This document shows, piece by piece, positions 20,927 through 30,362 of a stretch of 64,000 bases of DNA. The stretch is from a virus: IMG/VR virus record IMGVR_UViG_3300045988_173544, one strand, 5' to 3'. How positions within the stretch are numbered: the first letter of the stretch is position 1; every line of letters starts with the position of its first letter. A program made the position numbers and the translations under genes. A model generated the notes under the pieces. The model was not told the origin of the DNA and did not search any database. It worked only from the letters and a program-made list of their open reading frames with translations.

Positions 20927-20982
20927 CCCTCATATACTAGCAAGGGCATGGAGTTCTTATACTTCCCATGCCCTGCATTTAT
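20927..20982 (+). ncRNA. candidate ~56-nt sRNA: + strand promoter (20893-20920) followed at once by a GC hairpin plus T-tract
   Basis: promoter-to-terminator unit; hairpin agggcatgg...ccatgccct then gcatttatt. Confidence 0.4.
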
Positions 20983-21007
20983 TATTGATAGATTAGAAAG
21001 GAATTAT

Positions 21008-21493
21008 TTAATCTGCCTTTGTTAAGCCCTGCACTATGTCTATGGCTTGCAAGAATTTCATGCCTGCTTTTACTGCTTCCAGTTGCTCTTCTGATTGTAT
21101 AAGAGGGGTTTTTGTTCTGACAATTTCTTTACTTGTATCTGATAGGCTGTTAAATAGCTTTTCAAATGCCTTTACTTCTTCCTCAACTTGTCTTGCGCCG
21201 TCCTCTCTGCGCTGTACAATAAGTTTGTTGTAAAGCTCGTCTTTTACTTCTTTAGGTTCCTGTAACTTTTCAATAGCTTCTATTAACACTGTTTCATACT
21301 GGAAACATTCCCATGTTCTGTTATAGTAGCATGCTTTGCTTATAGGGTTTTCACCTTGTGGGAAATATTCATCACCTCTGAAACATACATGTCTAAAGCC
21401 GTAACTTGTATCTTGTCCGAAACATGTAAAGCTAAATTTTCTACCGTCTGCAATTGCTTCAAATACTTTTCTTCCGTAAAATTTTCTTGCCAT
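21008..21493 (-). CDS. hypothetical protein (161 aa)
   Basis: ORF; promoter ~21560. Confidence 0.55.
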   Translation of the reverse strand: MARKFYGRKVFEAIADGRKFSFTCFGQDTSYGFRHVCFRGDEYFPQGENPISKACYYNRTWECFQYETVLIEAIEKLQEPKEVKDELYNKLIVQRREDGARQVEEEVKAFEKLFNSLSDTSKEIVRTKTPLIQSEEQLEAVKAGMKFLQAIDIVQGLTKAD

Positions 21494-21589
21494 AATTAAG
21501 TTATCCTTTCGTTTTATCTATCTACATTTTTATTATAACACATTAAAATATTTTTGTCAACTGTTTAATGTTATATCCTGTTACATTTC

Positions 21590-21919
21590 TTAACATGCCA
21601 TGCTGTTGCAAATATCTTCATATTCTTCAAGCTCTGCTTCTGTTAAATGCTGGCATGCATAGTCGTTAATAGCTTCCTTAAGCTGTTCCCCTGTTACTGC
21701 TAGCCCTGTATCTCTACCATTAAGGTTTTCGATATGAACATTTTCTGCTTCTCGCATAAGCTCTGCCAAATTACTTGTTATATCTTCTTTAAGCTCTTTG
21801 AGTGCTTCGTCATATTCTTGCTCTGTAACATAGGAGTAACTTTTCAAAAAGTCTTTTTTATTAAGTATTAAAAAGTCGCCTGCTTTTTCTAAGTCTGTCA
21901 AAATTTCTGTATCTGCCAT
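21590..21919 (-). CDS. hypothetical acidic protein (109 aa)
   Basis: ORF; promoter ~21980. Confidence 0.55.
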   Translation of the reverse strand: MADTEILTDLEKAGDFLILNKKDFLKSYSYVTEQEYDEALKELKEDITSNLAELMREAENVHIENLNGRDTGLAVTGEQLKEAINDYACQHLTEAELEEYEDICNSMAC

Positions 21920-22062
21920 GGTTCTGTTCCTTTCGTTTTATCTATCAACATTCTTATTATAACACATTAAAAAATTTTTGTCAACTCTTTTAAATCAATT
22001 TCTGTAACATATCTTAACATTCAATCAAATCAATCATTTGTAAAGTTATGTAACAAAAGGGT

Positions 22063-22090
22063 TGACAAATAAATAATCATGTGATAAAAT
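22063..22090 (+). promoter_or_regulatory. + strand promoter (family copy) driving a candidate ~160-nt ncRNA (22100-22260) paralogous to 24000-24180
   Basis: TTGACA/TAAAAT; shared downstream motifs gaaaattttcaggc, ttttgggggtg, ggggcttgc. Confidence 0.5.
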
Positions 22091-22232
22091 AGTATCTGTA
22101 AAGCATGCTCAATCCTTCTGAAAAATTTTCAGGCATGCTCAAAATCTTTACCCCTATAAATACCCCTCTAATACCTATAAATAGGGGCTTTGGGGGTGAA
22201 ATGGGGCTTGCCAATACCCAACCACTCCAAAC

Positions 22233-22268
22233 AAATAAAAGCCCTGTAATCAAATCAATTACAAGGCT
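22233..22268 (-). terminator. rho-independent terminator of gene 22304..22669
   Basis: 10-bp hairpin followed by TTTTATTT on - strand. Confidence 0.6.
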
Positions 22269-22303
22269 GTGATAACAAAAGAAAGTTTCATGATAAATCT
22301 TTT

Positions 22304-22669
22304 TTAATAAGCATAATTACCATCAGTTATTATTTCTGCTTCTTCATAAGGTACTGTAATGTCTGTTACTTCAAAGATAATCTGATTATCTTTAAGAAAA
22401 AGAGTTACGCTTTTGTACAAGGTTAAATCATTCCCATCAAAATACATTTCTATAAATTCAAGCTCATCAGGGTTACAAACTCCGGTATAGCTATCAATTA
22501 CCCTGCTTGCTTCGTCTGCTGTATTCTCGACACAGTAACCTATTACATGCCGGCATGCATTCTCCAATGCTTCAACGTCTTTAATGCTCTTGTCCTGCAT
22601 GAATTGTACAAACTCATTATACAATCCCTGCGCCTGTTTATATACTTCTTTTGTAACATAATCAATCAT
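22304..22669 (-). CDS. hypothetical protein (121 aa)
   Basis: ORF. Confidence 0.55.
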   Translation of the reverse strand: MIDYVTKEVYKQAQGLYNEFVQFMQDKSIKDVEALENACRHVIGYCVENTADEASRVIDSYTGVCNPDELEFIEMYFDGNDLTLYKSVTLFLKDNQIIFEVTDITVPYEEAEIITDGNYAY

Positions 22670-22681
22670 TTTTAATAATCC

Positions 22682-23008
22682 TTATATTGCGTATTTCTTA
22701 ACGTTGTGCGCATACTGCTTTAAAGTTTCATAAGCCTTTTTTACTTCCGACTTTTTAAAGTCGTATGTTTCAGGGCATAACTTGTAAATTATTTCATTTA
22801 CAATCAAATGACTTGATACCTTAGTCAATCCATGCTCTTTAATCAATTGCAAACCAAACTTACTAAAAGGCTGTTGCGCATATACAATCAAGAATGCTTT
22901 AAAAATCTTTTTGAACTGTCCTTGGTACGTGTCCAGCTTGTTTACAAATTCTTTTGCCAGTGCTTTTTGTTGCTCGCATGCTAATCCGTCTTTTATAATA
23001 TTATTCAT
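22682..23008 (-). CDS. hypothetical protein (108 aa)
   Basis: ORF. Confidence 0.55.
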   Translation of the reverse strand: MNNIIKDGLACEQQKALAKEFVNKLDTYQGQFKKIFKAFLIVYAQQPFSKFGLQLIKEHGLTKVSSHLIVNEIIYKLCPETYDFKKSEVKKAYETLKQYAHNVKKYAI

Positions 23009-23085
23009 TGTCTTATTATCCTTACTTATGTTACTACTATGAGAGAAAAGAGGCGGTGCGGTTTACACCGCCTGACAATTCCACA

Positions 23086-23385
23086 TTATATTAATTCGCT
23101 GTTGCTTCTTACCGTATCCAGATATATGGACTCTTGATTAAGTAATTGCTTTAATTCAAGGGTATATTGTCTTATTTGCTTCTTACTACCGCCGTATTTA
23201 ATAACCTCAAGGCTTGGTTCTATAACCTGTGTACCGTTAGCCATGGTATATATTCCTTTGTTACCTTGCTTAATAGTACAGTCGCCGATAACTTTTGAAA
23301 TAATTTGCTCAGCCTTGGCGGTGCTGATTTCTTGTTTTAATGTATCCTTGTCAAATAATCCGATGTTTAAAGTGTGTTTTAACAT
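23086..23385 (-). CDS. hypothetical protein (99 aa)
   Basis: ORF; conserved UTR; promoter ~23445. Confidence 0.55.
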   Translation of the reverse strand: MLKHTLNIGLFDKDTLKQEISTAKAEQIISKVIGDCTIKQGNKGIYTMANGTQVIEPSLEVIKYGGSKKQIRQYTLELKQLLNQESIYLDTVRSNSELI

Positions 23386-23619
23386 GTTCGTATCTCCTTT
23401 TGTTATCTACTCTTTTATTATAACACATGAAAAAATTTTTGTCAACTGTTTAGGATAATATTTTGTAACAAAACTTTACATTAATATTTCTTAACAAACA
23501 CTTGACAAGTCATGGATTTTGTGGTAAAATAGTATCCCTTTAATATTGGTAATAAAAAAGCATGCCTGAATATCTGGCATGCTTATGGGGTTGAGAGTGA
23601 GATTTTACTAGAAAACTTT

Positions 23620-23850
23620 TTATATGTATTGATTAACAAATGGGGCTATGTATTGCTGTGTTAACTCTTCATTAGTTAAGCCCTGTATTTTATCGCTGTT
23701 TACAAGGTTATTAATAAACTCTTTAACTTTATCTATTCCGCCGACATTCTCAACAAATATGTTAAAATCGCAATAGCATTCACCTATTACATAGGATTTT
23801 AAAGTTAAAATTACTTGCTGTTTTAAGTCTGTTGTGTTTAATGCTGTCAT
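23620..23850 (-). CDS. hypothetical protein (76 aa)
   Basis: ORF; promoter ~23915; terminator hairpin 23558-23590. Confidence 0.55.
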   Translation of the reverse strand: MTALNTTDLKQQVILTLKSYVIGECYCDFNIFVENVGGIDKVKEFINNLVNSDKIQGLTNEELTQQYIAPFVNQYI

Positions 23851-23962
23851 GTCTGTTCTTCCTTTCGTTTATTTATCAACATTCTTATTATAACACATGA
23901 AAATATTTTTGTCAACTATTTATAAGTAAAATCAATCAATTGTTACAAAACTTAACATAAGG

Positions 23963-23991
23963 TTGACAAGCTCAATCAATTGTGTTAAAAT
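23963..23991 (+). promoter_or_regulatory. + strand promoter (family copy) driving a candidate ncRNA 24000-24180
   Basis: TTGACA 17 nt TAAAAT, TG extension. Confidence 0.5.
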
Positions 23992-24175
23992 AGTATCCGA
24001 AAAATAGGCATGAAAATTTTCAGGCTACCCTGAAACTTCCCCCTTTAAAAATAAGGTTGAAACCCAGTAATAACGGGGGTTTTGGGGGTGTTCGGGGCTT
24101 GCGGGAATTAAATATAATGGGGTGGGTATAAATACCCAATTAATAATAAGGGCGGAATAACCGCCCCTGAAACTT

Positions 24176-24583
24176 TTATATAAATTCTGTCAAACATCTA
24201 TCCCCTAAAACATCCTCCAGCATACTTATATCGCCTAATTCAAGCGTTTGTTTGCGCTTTAAATCTGCTTTATCTTTCATAAGGTCTATTTCAAGCTCTT
24301 TGTCTGTTGCGGGCGCTATTCTCTCAACATCAGACTTTGAATAATTTACATATTCTCTAAAGTCTTTCAACTCTCTTTTATATCTTGCAAGCCTGTTGCG
24401 GTATATGTCAAGCTCTCTTGTATATTCCCTGACTGTTTTATCAAACTTCACACGGCGCACAACTGATTGGCTAGCATAGAAATTCAATGCGCTTTCTACG
24501 TTCTTAATATCCTGCTCCGTGTCCTGTATACCCCTTTTTATATAGGATATAGTTTTGTTGAATTCTTCCTTTGCTGTTGTCAT
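24176..24583 (-). CDS. hypothetical coiled-coil protein (135 aa)
   Basis: ORF; UTR carries a GCCC-GACA-GGGC hairpin; promoter ~24665. Confidence 0.55.
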   Translation of the reverse strand: MTTAKEEFNKTISYIKRGIQDTEQDIKNVESALNFYASQSVVRRVKFDKTVREYTRELDIYRNRLARYKRELKDFREYVNYSKSDVERIAPATDKELEIDLMKDKADLKRKQTLELGDISMLEDVLGDRCLTEFI

Positions 24584-24732
24584 TGTCTTTCGTCCTTTCT
24601 ACCCTGTTGAGGGCTGTTTATCTATCTACATCATCTATATTTACATGAAATTGCATGTTTGTCAACTAATTTATTAAGAAATATTAAGGGCTGATTTTAG
24701 ATTTTTAAGCGCATGGTAATGCGCTTAACTTT

Positions 24733-24960
24733 TTAAAAGTTGCTTGGTGCAAGCCCTATAATTAAGACTAGGAATAACCACATACCAACTGCCCCGATAA
24801 ATCCTAAAAATAGGCGGTTTAATATTTCTTTATTATCCATAACCCTGTAAACGTCCTTAGGTACTCTGTATGCTTCACCGTTCTTAATAACTGTTACATA
24901 CTTAGTATATAAGTATTCTCTGAAAATTTCTCTCTTTAATTCATTCAATAATGCTTTCAT
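24733..24960 (-). CDS. hypothetical small membrane protein (C-terminal TM)
   Basis: ORF; same UTR hairpin family. Confidence 0.5.
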   Translation of the reverse strand: MKALLNELKREIFREYLYTKYVTVIKNGEAYRVPKDVYRVMDNKEILNRLFLGFIGAVGMWLFLVLIIGLAPSNF

Positions 24961-25338
24961 TGTCTTTCGTCCTTTCTGCCCTGTCGGGCTGTTTATCTAT
25001 CAACATACTTATTATATGTTAGAATTGCATGTTTGTCAACAAATTATTTTAAAAATCATTTTAAAAATCATACTTTAGTATTAGATTAAATTTTTAAGCG
25101 CATGGTAATGCGCTTAATTTTTCTTAATAAACCACTTGACAATTAATAAATATGTGATAAAATAGTATCGGGCATGAGAGCATGCCTTAATCATTCAATC
25201 AAAATACTTATAAATGATATTATGTTGTAACATTTACAGCCCTCTAGCAAGCCCATAAATCGATTTTTCTATATCAGATGATTAATCTATCCAACAGATA
25301 CAAAAAAGCCCCTTAACGGGGCTTCTATCAATCGGATT

Positions 25339-25683
25339 TTAAATCCTATCAATAACATATCTGGAAATTTGTTCCCAATCATATCTATCATTGATTGATG
25401 TTGCATGCGGTAGGGAATTAAAATAAGTACCGTTGCCCCATGAACAATTAATCAAACATGCTGGGCTTGCCTGTGTTCTTAATCCCCATGCAAGTATAAT
25501 CATATCATTAATAGGCATATATAAGAGAGCATGAGAGCCAATCATATTAATCAAATAAACTGCGTCGCCGTCTTTATTAAACTTGATATAAGCGTCTGTT
25601 TCGCCTGCGTCAATGTCAACTACTGCCTGCTTAATGCCTGCAATCAAATTTTCTTCAACTGATTTTAATGTTCTTTTAGCCAT
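25339..25683 (-). CDS. hypothetical protein (114 aa)
   Basis: ORF; same UTR hairpin family; terminator hairpin at ~25305-25330. Confidence 0.55.
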   Translation of the reverse strand: MAKRTLKSVEENLIAGIKQAVVDIDAGETDAYIKFNKDGDAVYLINMIGSHALLYMPINDMIILAWGLRTQASPACLINCSWGNGTYFNSLPHATSINDRYDWEQISRYVIDRI

Positions 25684-25793
25684 TGTGTGCCGTCCTTTCT
25701 GCCCTGTCGGGCTGTTTATCTATCAATCTATCAATCTATCTTTATTATTACACAAGATAAAATTCTTGTCAATCCCTAGAGGGGCATGCCCCT

Positions 25794-26312
25794 CTAGTTA
25801 TATTTCAATCTTTTTTCATGTGTGCTTAATGTTTTATCTAGCTTGCTTGTCTTATAGGAATTATTGAGTACCTCTTGCGGTATGATGTCAAGCCCTGCAA
25901 CTAGAGCTAACTTGTATTTACGGGCTAATTGCTTTATTAAGTATGCTTTATTAAGCGGTAGCCATTGCAAGCGGTCATTGATAACTTGATTAACGTCATA
26001 ATCGTAAGTGTGAGCCGTACCGCAATAAGTCGGTGTATGGCATGTAAAACTAGCATGTGTCATGGTACGTACTTTTAAAATATCCGTGCCATCTGATAAA
26101 ATTAAGATGTTGCAGCCGATAACAACGACTTTTAAGTGTTTATCTTTAATAAGCTGCTTTACAAGTGATTTACTTGTAAAATTGTTGTATGCTGCAACGA
26201 TGTCAAAACCGTTTGCGGTTAGTATGCCGGCATGTTTGTTGCGTAAGATGTCAAACCCTGCATTGCCGGTGTTGTAATCGCATACATTGTAAAGGTTTGT
26301 TAAGTTTTTCAT
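25794..26312 (-). CDS. hypothetical protein (172 aa)
   Basis: ORF. Confidence 0.5.
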   Translation of the reverse strand: MKNLTNLYNVCDYNTGNAGFDILRNKHAGILTANGFDIVAAYNNFTSKSLVKQLIKDKHLKVVVIGCNILILSDGTDILKVRTMTHASFTCHTPTYCGTAHTYDYDVNQVINDRLQWLPLNKAYLIKQLARKYKLALVAGLDIIPQEVLNNSYKTSKLDKTLSTHEKRLKYN

Positions 26313-26598
26313 TGTCGTATCTCCTTTTGCTTACAATACTATTTTAAACGATACAACATGAAAAGTCAAGCCCATGAGAGCATGTTTTTGTAACAAATTT
26401 TGTAAAGATTTTTGTAAAGATATTAAGGTAGGCATGGTTATATTTGAATAAGTAAAGGGCTGAAAACCAATGATAGAGGGTGTTTTAGATTAGAATATGT
26501 GCCCTCGCTAGACACCTCACAGAAATTTTCCACTTTCCCCAAAACTTCAATGGTCCCATAACCCTTACTACACCTGCATTTTAGCCCCACCTTATCTT

Positions 26599-26643
26599 CA
26601 TATACACACACATATACACACATATACACACATATACACACAT
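26599..26643. repeat. (catatacaca)n 10-bp microsatellite, about 4.5 units
   Basis: read directly. Confidence 0.85.
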
Positions 26644-26887
26644 CCTACCCCAACCTCATTTTCATATACTCCTCTTACACAGGTGTCTGCATATACATAT
26701 CTCCATGACCTCTAGTGACCCATACAGAGTTACTATTCTCACACATCCCACCTCAATATGACTCATACACATTCACAAGGGGGTACCCTAATCTCTCATA
26801 CCCTTATTTCTCAAAACCCTCAAAATTTTTTCCGGGAATTCTGAAAACTTTAATGGTCCCATAACCCTTACTATTCTTGTGTTATAG

Positions 26888-26968
26888 CTAAAATAGGTAA
26901 AATGCAAGAATACTTAACTCAACTATAAGTAACACAGCAAGCATTAATATTGCGTCAAATAAATTCAT
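26888..26968 (-). CDS. 26-aa hydrophobic peptide MNLFDAILMLAVLLIVELSILAFYLF
   Basis: tiny ORF with GGTAGGGAAG RBS; tandem paralog of the next; lies in a ~95-bp tandem duplication. Confidence 0.35.
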   Translation of the reverse strand: MNLFDAILMLAVLLIVELSILAFYLF

Positions 26969-26984
26969 CTTCCCTACCTTACTA

Positions 26985-27068
26985 TTATAGCGAGGATAGA
27001 TAAAAATACAAGAATAAGTAAAATACGGTTAACATTAACACAGTAAGCATTAACAACATATTATTCAT
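26985..27068 (-). CDS. 27-aa hydrophobic peptide MNNMLLMLTVLMLTVFYLFLYFYLSSL
   Basis: tiny ORF with GAGAAG RBS; membrane-helix-like; possible toxin or holin-like peptide. Confidence 0.35.
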   Translation of the reverse strand: MNNMLLMLTVLMLTVFYLFLYFYLSSL

Positions 27069-27099
27069 ATCTTCTCAATCGATAAACCTTTCTCTTTTA

Positions 27100-27335
27100 A
27101 GACAGAAACCGGAAGAGTTATTTAGGCTTCCCCCGGTTTCCTTATTAAATAAATGAGATTATGTTAGGCGTGCACTAGGTCTATTCCACCCTTGCTCTTA
27201 TATTAGAGAAGGGACTTGTAAACTACTAGACTAATCGCCCCGTAAGTTCGGGAGTGTATCCCCCTACCTTTACCTCTTAATATTTTATAAGGTCTGGTTA
27301 AGATTTACCTTATTTGTAGGATTGTTTATTTTACC
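27100..27335 (-). ncRNA. candidate tracrRNA-like ncRNA: own consensus promoter, ~170-nt 5' part, 15-nt anti-repeat (27151-27165) complementary to the CRISPR repeat, then hairpin 27105-27140
   Basis: promoter 27342..27370; no ORF; on the - strand aacataatctcattt is the exact reverse complement partner of the repeat core. Confidence 0.45.
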
Positions 27336-27341
27336 GTACTT

Positions 27342-27370
27342 ATTATAGCATAAACTTTTCTGTTTGTCAA
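27342..27370 (-). promoter_or_regulatory. consensus sigma70 promoter directly downstream of the TnpB-like gene
   Basis: TTGACA (27365-27370) 17 nt TATAAT (27342-27347). Confidence 0.7.
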
Positions 27371-27384
27371 CTATTTCATTCAAA

Positions 27385-28767
27385 TTATTTCTCTGCATAA
27401 TTCTTAAGGTTAATAGCAGCATTTTCATCCCTATCCATTACCATCCCGCACTTAGGGCACTTAAATACTTCATAACCTTTTTTCATCTCTTTATTCTTAT
27501 ATCCACAGTTACTACATATTTGTGAGCTTGCAAAGAACCTATCTGCTTTTATTACATTAACACCATTTCTTTCAGCTTTATACTTCAGCCAATCAAGCCA
27601 TGTACCCATACTTGTTTTCTGTATACCTTTAGCTACCTTCTTATTTTTCTTCATATTATTTATAGCAATATTTTCTACTACAATACTTTCAGGAGCTATT
27701 CTCTTTAATAAGTGAGCTACAGACTGCTTTCTATTATCTTCCTTAATATTCTCTATTTTTATCTGTGTACTTCTTAAATATCTTTCCAGTCTTCTTAACT
27801 TATTACTCTTTCTTAATCTCTTATTACCATAAGGAGTTTCTATATAATCATTATTAAGTCTTGCATGCAGCTGTAGTGTACTTATCTTTCTCTGTAATCT
27901 CTTACACTTTCTTTCATACTTTTTAACTTTCTCAGAAGTTGCAGGATTTAATACTTTAGTACCATCTGAAAGAGTTGCCAGTTTTCTACACCCTACATCT
28001 ACTCCCAATACTCCTTCTAAGTTTTGTAAGTTCAAATCATTATCTCTATATTCTGTTTTTACTGAAACAAAGAAATCTATACCATCTGTAGAAACTGTAA
28101 TATAATCTGCTAAAGTACCTTCTAATCTTCTATCCCAACCTTTTATCTTCATACCACCTTTTATTTTAGGAAGATATAACTTTCCATCTTTTATTCTTCC
28201 TACAGTAGTATAAGAACCTTTTGAAGACCATTTATGTGGTTTAGGAAATCCTTTAGCGTCAGCAGGGAATTTTAAGCTAGCTTCTTCCCCCTTCTTACTT
28301 CTCAGTTTTCTCTGCCTTTCATAGAAATCTGCTAAAATTTCTGAAGCACCATAATTACCTTTAGCGTCTTTCTTAAAATACTTCTCATTCCAAAACTTCT
28401 TATTAGCTGTATATAAAGCTCCTATAGAAGCCGGACTTACAACACAATCCAAAGCTTTTGCGTCACATTCTCTTAACCATGCATTTTCCGGAAGTTTCTT
28501 AAACTGTGTAAACTCCTTACTTATTCTTCCAAAATTCTTAATATTCTTTACTTTAGAGCTTGCTATATCATCAATATTTATATCATAATCTTCTTCATAT
28601 AATCCTTGCAATTCTCTACAGCCCCAATTATACGTAAATCTTGCAGCTGTAATATTTTTCTGCATTGCTGCTTTTTGCGCTTTATTTACGTGGATTTCTC
28701 TCTTAAACCCAATTTTACCTACACTCTCCTCTTTATCCTCTACAGGAGCTAACAACATTTCTTCCAT
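27385..28767 (-). CDS. tnpB: TnpB/Cas12f-like RuvC nuclease (IS605 OrfB family), ~460 aa
   Basis: RuvC-I GVDVG; C-terminal CSNCG...CPKCG zinc finger and RuvC-III DRDENAAINL; N-terminal FTYNWGCRELQ block; AGAGAGG RBS; dedicated promoter 28946..28974. Confidence 0.8.
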   Translation of the reverse strand: MEEMLLAPVEDKEESVGKIGFKREIHVNKAQKAAMQKNITAARFTYNWGCRELQGLYEEDYDINIDDIASSKVKNIKNFGRISKEFTQFKKLPENAWLRECDAKALDCVVSPASIGALYTANKKFWNEKYFKKDAKGNYGASEILADFYERQRKLRSKKGEEASLKFPADAKGFPKPHKWSSKGSYTTVGRIKDGKLYLPKIKGGMKIKGWDRRLEGTLADYITVSTDGIDFFVSVKTEYRDNDLNLQNLEGVLGVDVGCRKLATLSDGTKVLNPATSEKVKKYERKCKRLQRKISTLQLHARLNNDYIETPYGNKRLRKSNKLRRLERYLRSTQIKIENIKEDNRKQSVAHLLKRIAPESIVVENIAINNMKKNKKVAKGIQKTSMGTWLDWLKYKAERNGVNVIKADRFFASSQICSNCGYKNKEMKKGYEVFKCPKCGMVMDRDENAAINLKNYAEK

Positions 28768-28945
28768 ATTACCTCTCTTAATAATTTTCAGATGTAACAA
28801 AGGGAGAAGAGTCAGAGGTAAAAATTCTCCAAGGTAAAAATATTGTAAAAACCCTTAGAGAAGAAAAATAACATTTAACACATAATAAAGTCCCAACTCT
28901 TCCCCTGTGTTACACATCTAAAATCGTTCCTATCTTTATGTATCT

Positions 28946-28974
28946 ATTATAACATGAAATTGAGAGTTTGTCAA
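28946..28974 (-). promoter_or_regulatory. consensus sigma70 promoter for the TnpB-like gene
   Basis: TTGACA (28969-28974) 17 nt TATAAT (28946-28951). Confidence 0.7.
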
Positions 28975-28983
28975 CTTTTTCTA

Positions 28984-29005
28984 AGAGATAAGAAAAACCG
29001 CTCTC
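28984..29005 (-). terminator. rho-independent terminator (ccgctc-tcac-gagcgg then T-run)
   Basis: GC hairpin followed by TTTTTC on - strand. Confidence 0.65.
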
Positions 29006-29220
29006 ACGAGCGGCGTACAATCAATTAAGAAGCATAATTATATGAAAAAGTTTTGGTTTTAAGCGTTATCTATGGTGAGTTATATTGACATTGTAAGAAA
29101 AAACTTCTCCAAGAGCCATCATTAATAGGAATGGGTGTCCTTGAAACCATTGCCACAGTACAGATACTGTTAACCCATCAAAACTAAGCGTTGATGAAAA
29201 AGCTATACATAATAATACTA

Positions 29221-29493
29221 CTAACATATTCCTCCTTTATTAGGTAATTTCCCAAATCTCACACATTCCATTAACCTTAAGCCTTCAGCAGCTCTTTCTC
29301 TAGGAACTCCCGGAAATAGCGCCATAGCCTTTACAAAGAAATCTTCTCTTAATCTCTTCCCTACAGCCTTTGCCCTATTACGGTCTCTGGAAGTTATACG
29401 GTTCATCTCAACTGAGCAAGCCGGAGAACAACAACGTCTCTTACCTCTTGCTTCAAATACAGTCCCACAAATAGGACAAACTCTCTTTGTCAT
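29221..29493 (-). CDS. zinc-ribbon protein (CPICG...CSPAC), higher GC than its neighbours
   Basis: ORF. Confidence 0.5.
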   Translation of the reverse strand: MTKRVCPICGTVFEARGKRRCCSPACSVEMNRITSRDRNRAKAVGKRLREDFFVKAMALFPGVPRERAAEGLRLMECVRFGKLPNKGGIC

Positions 29494-29534
29494 ACAAATT
29501 CCCCATATTTAAGTTAATATTTATCTTATCGTTC

Positions 29535-30362
29535 TTATTTAGTATAGAAGCTCTTTAAAGCATTCTTAGTTACTTTCCTGAGACCACTTAAAGCGTCTTT
29601 GAAAGACATTGTGTCAGAAAAAGTATTTTCTATGGACTCTGCCGGAGTTCCTAATTCTATGTTGATTGTTTCCGGAGAGCTTCCTCCATAAACTGTTTCT
29701 TTTCTTAGAGAAGGAACTTTAGCTACTGTGAAGTCTTTTAAGACATATAGAAGAACATCGTCTTCTGTATTATAAGTTGCTACTAAATCTCCTTCCACAG
29801 AATAAAGAGACAGTGGACCCCAAGAAGTTTTAGCATTCCCCCAAGGACTTAAATCATCTCTTGTAACCATTCCACGGAACCTTAAAGAAGTTCTTGTAAT
29901 AAGCGTGCTCTGGCTATCATAAGATACTTGAATAAGTTTCCATGCCTGTAATCTACATAAAGCCGTCTCAAGCATTTTTCTTGAGTTGGGGATAGTTCCA
30001 AGCATTGAAGATAACATAAATGTTATATCACCTATGGTATATGTTGTTCCCGGAGTTAATATCCCTGATAAATAACCTTCAAACGTTACATACCCAAACA
30101 TTGGTTCTGATACAGGGAAATAGTTAGGGTTATACAGCATAGGTATAAATATATTAAGTCCTTGTTCTCTAGGGTCTTCTATATCTCTGAATGCTAAATC
30201 CCATTCTTTCTGAGACTTCTTATTAATAGAATTTACGGAACCTATAGATTTCTGTAATTCAACAGCTCTGCCTGAGTGAGCTTCATTACATCTTTTGTTA
30301 AACTCATCTAGTGGCATACCATTGATATACGTAATTCCATCAATAACTTCCTTAGCCATCAA
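29535..30362 (-). CDS. hypothetical protein (275 aa)
   Basis: ORF. Confidence 0.55.
   Translation of the reverse strand: MMAKEVIDGITYINGMPLDEFNKRCNEAHSGRAVELQKSIGSVNSINKKSQKEWDLAFRDIEDPREQGLNIFIPMLYNPNYFPVSEPMFGYVTFEGYLSGILTPGTTYTIGDITFMLSSMLGTIPNSRKMLETALCRLQAWKLIQVSYDSQSTLITRTSLRFRGMVTRDDLSPWGNAKTSWGPLSLYSVEGDLVATYNTEDDVLLYVLKDFTVAKVPSLRKETVYGGSSPETINIELGTPAESIENTFSDTMSFKDALSGLRKVTKNALKSFYTK

Noticed and set aside
28767-28800. TnpB start at 28800 (MLHLKII...)
   Set aside because: No RBS. The ATG at 28767 has AGAGAGG at proper spacing.
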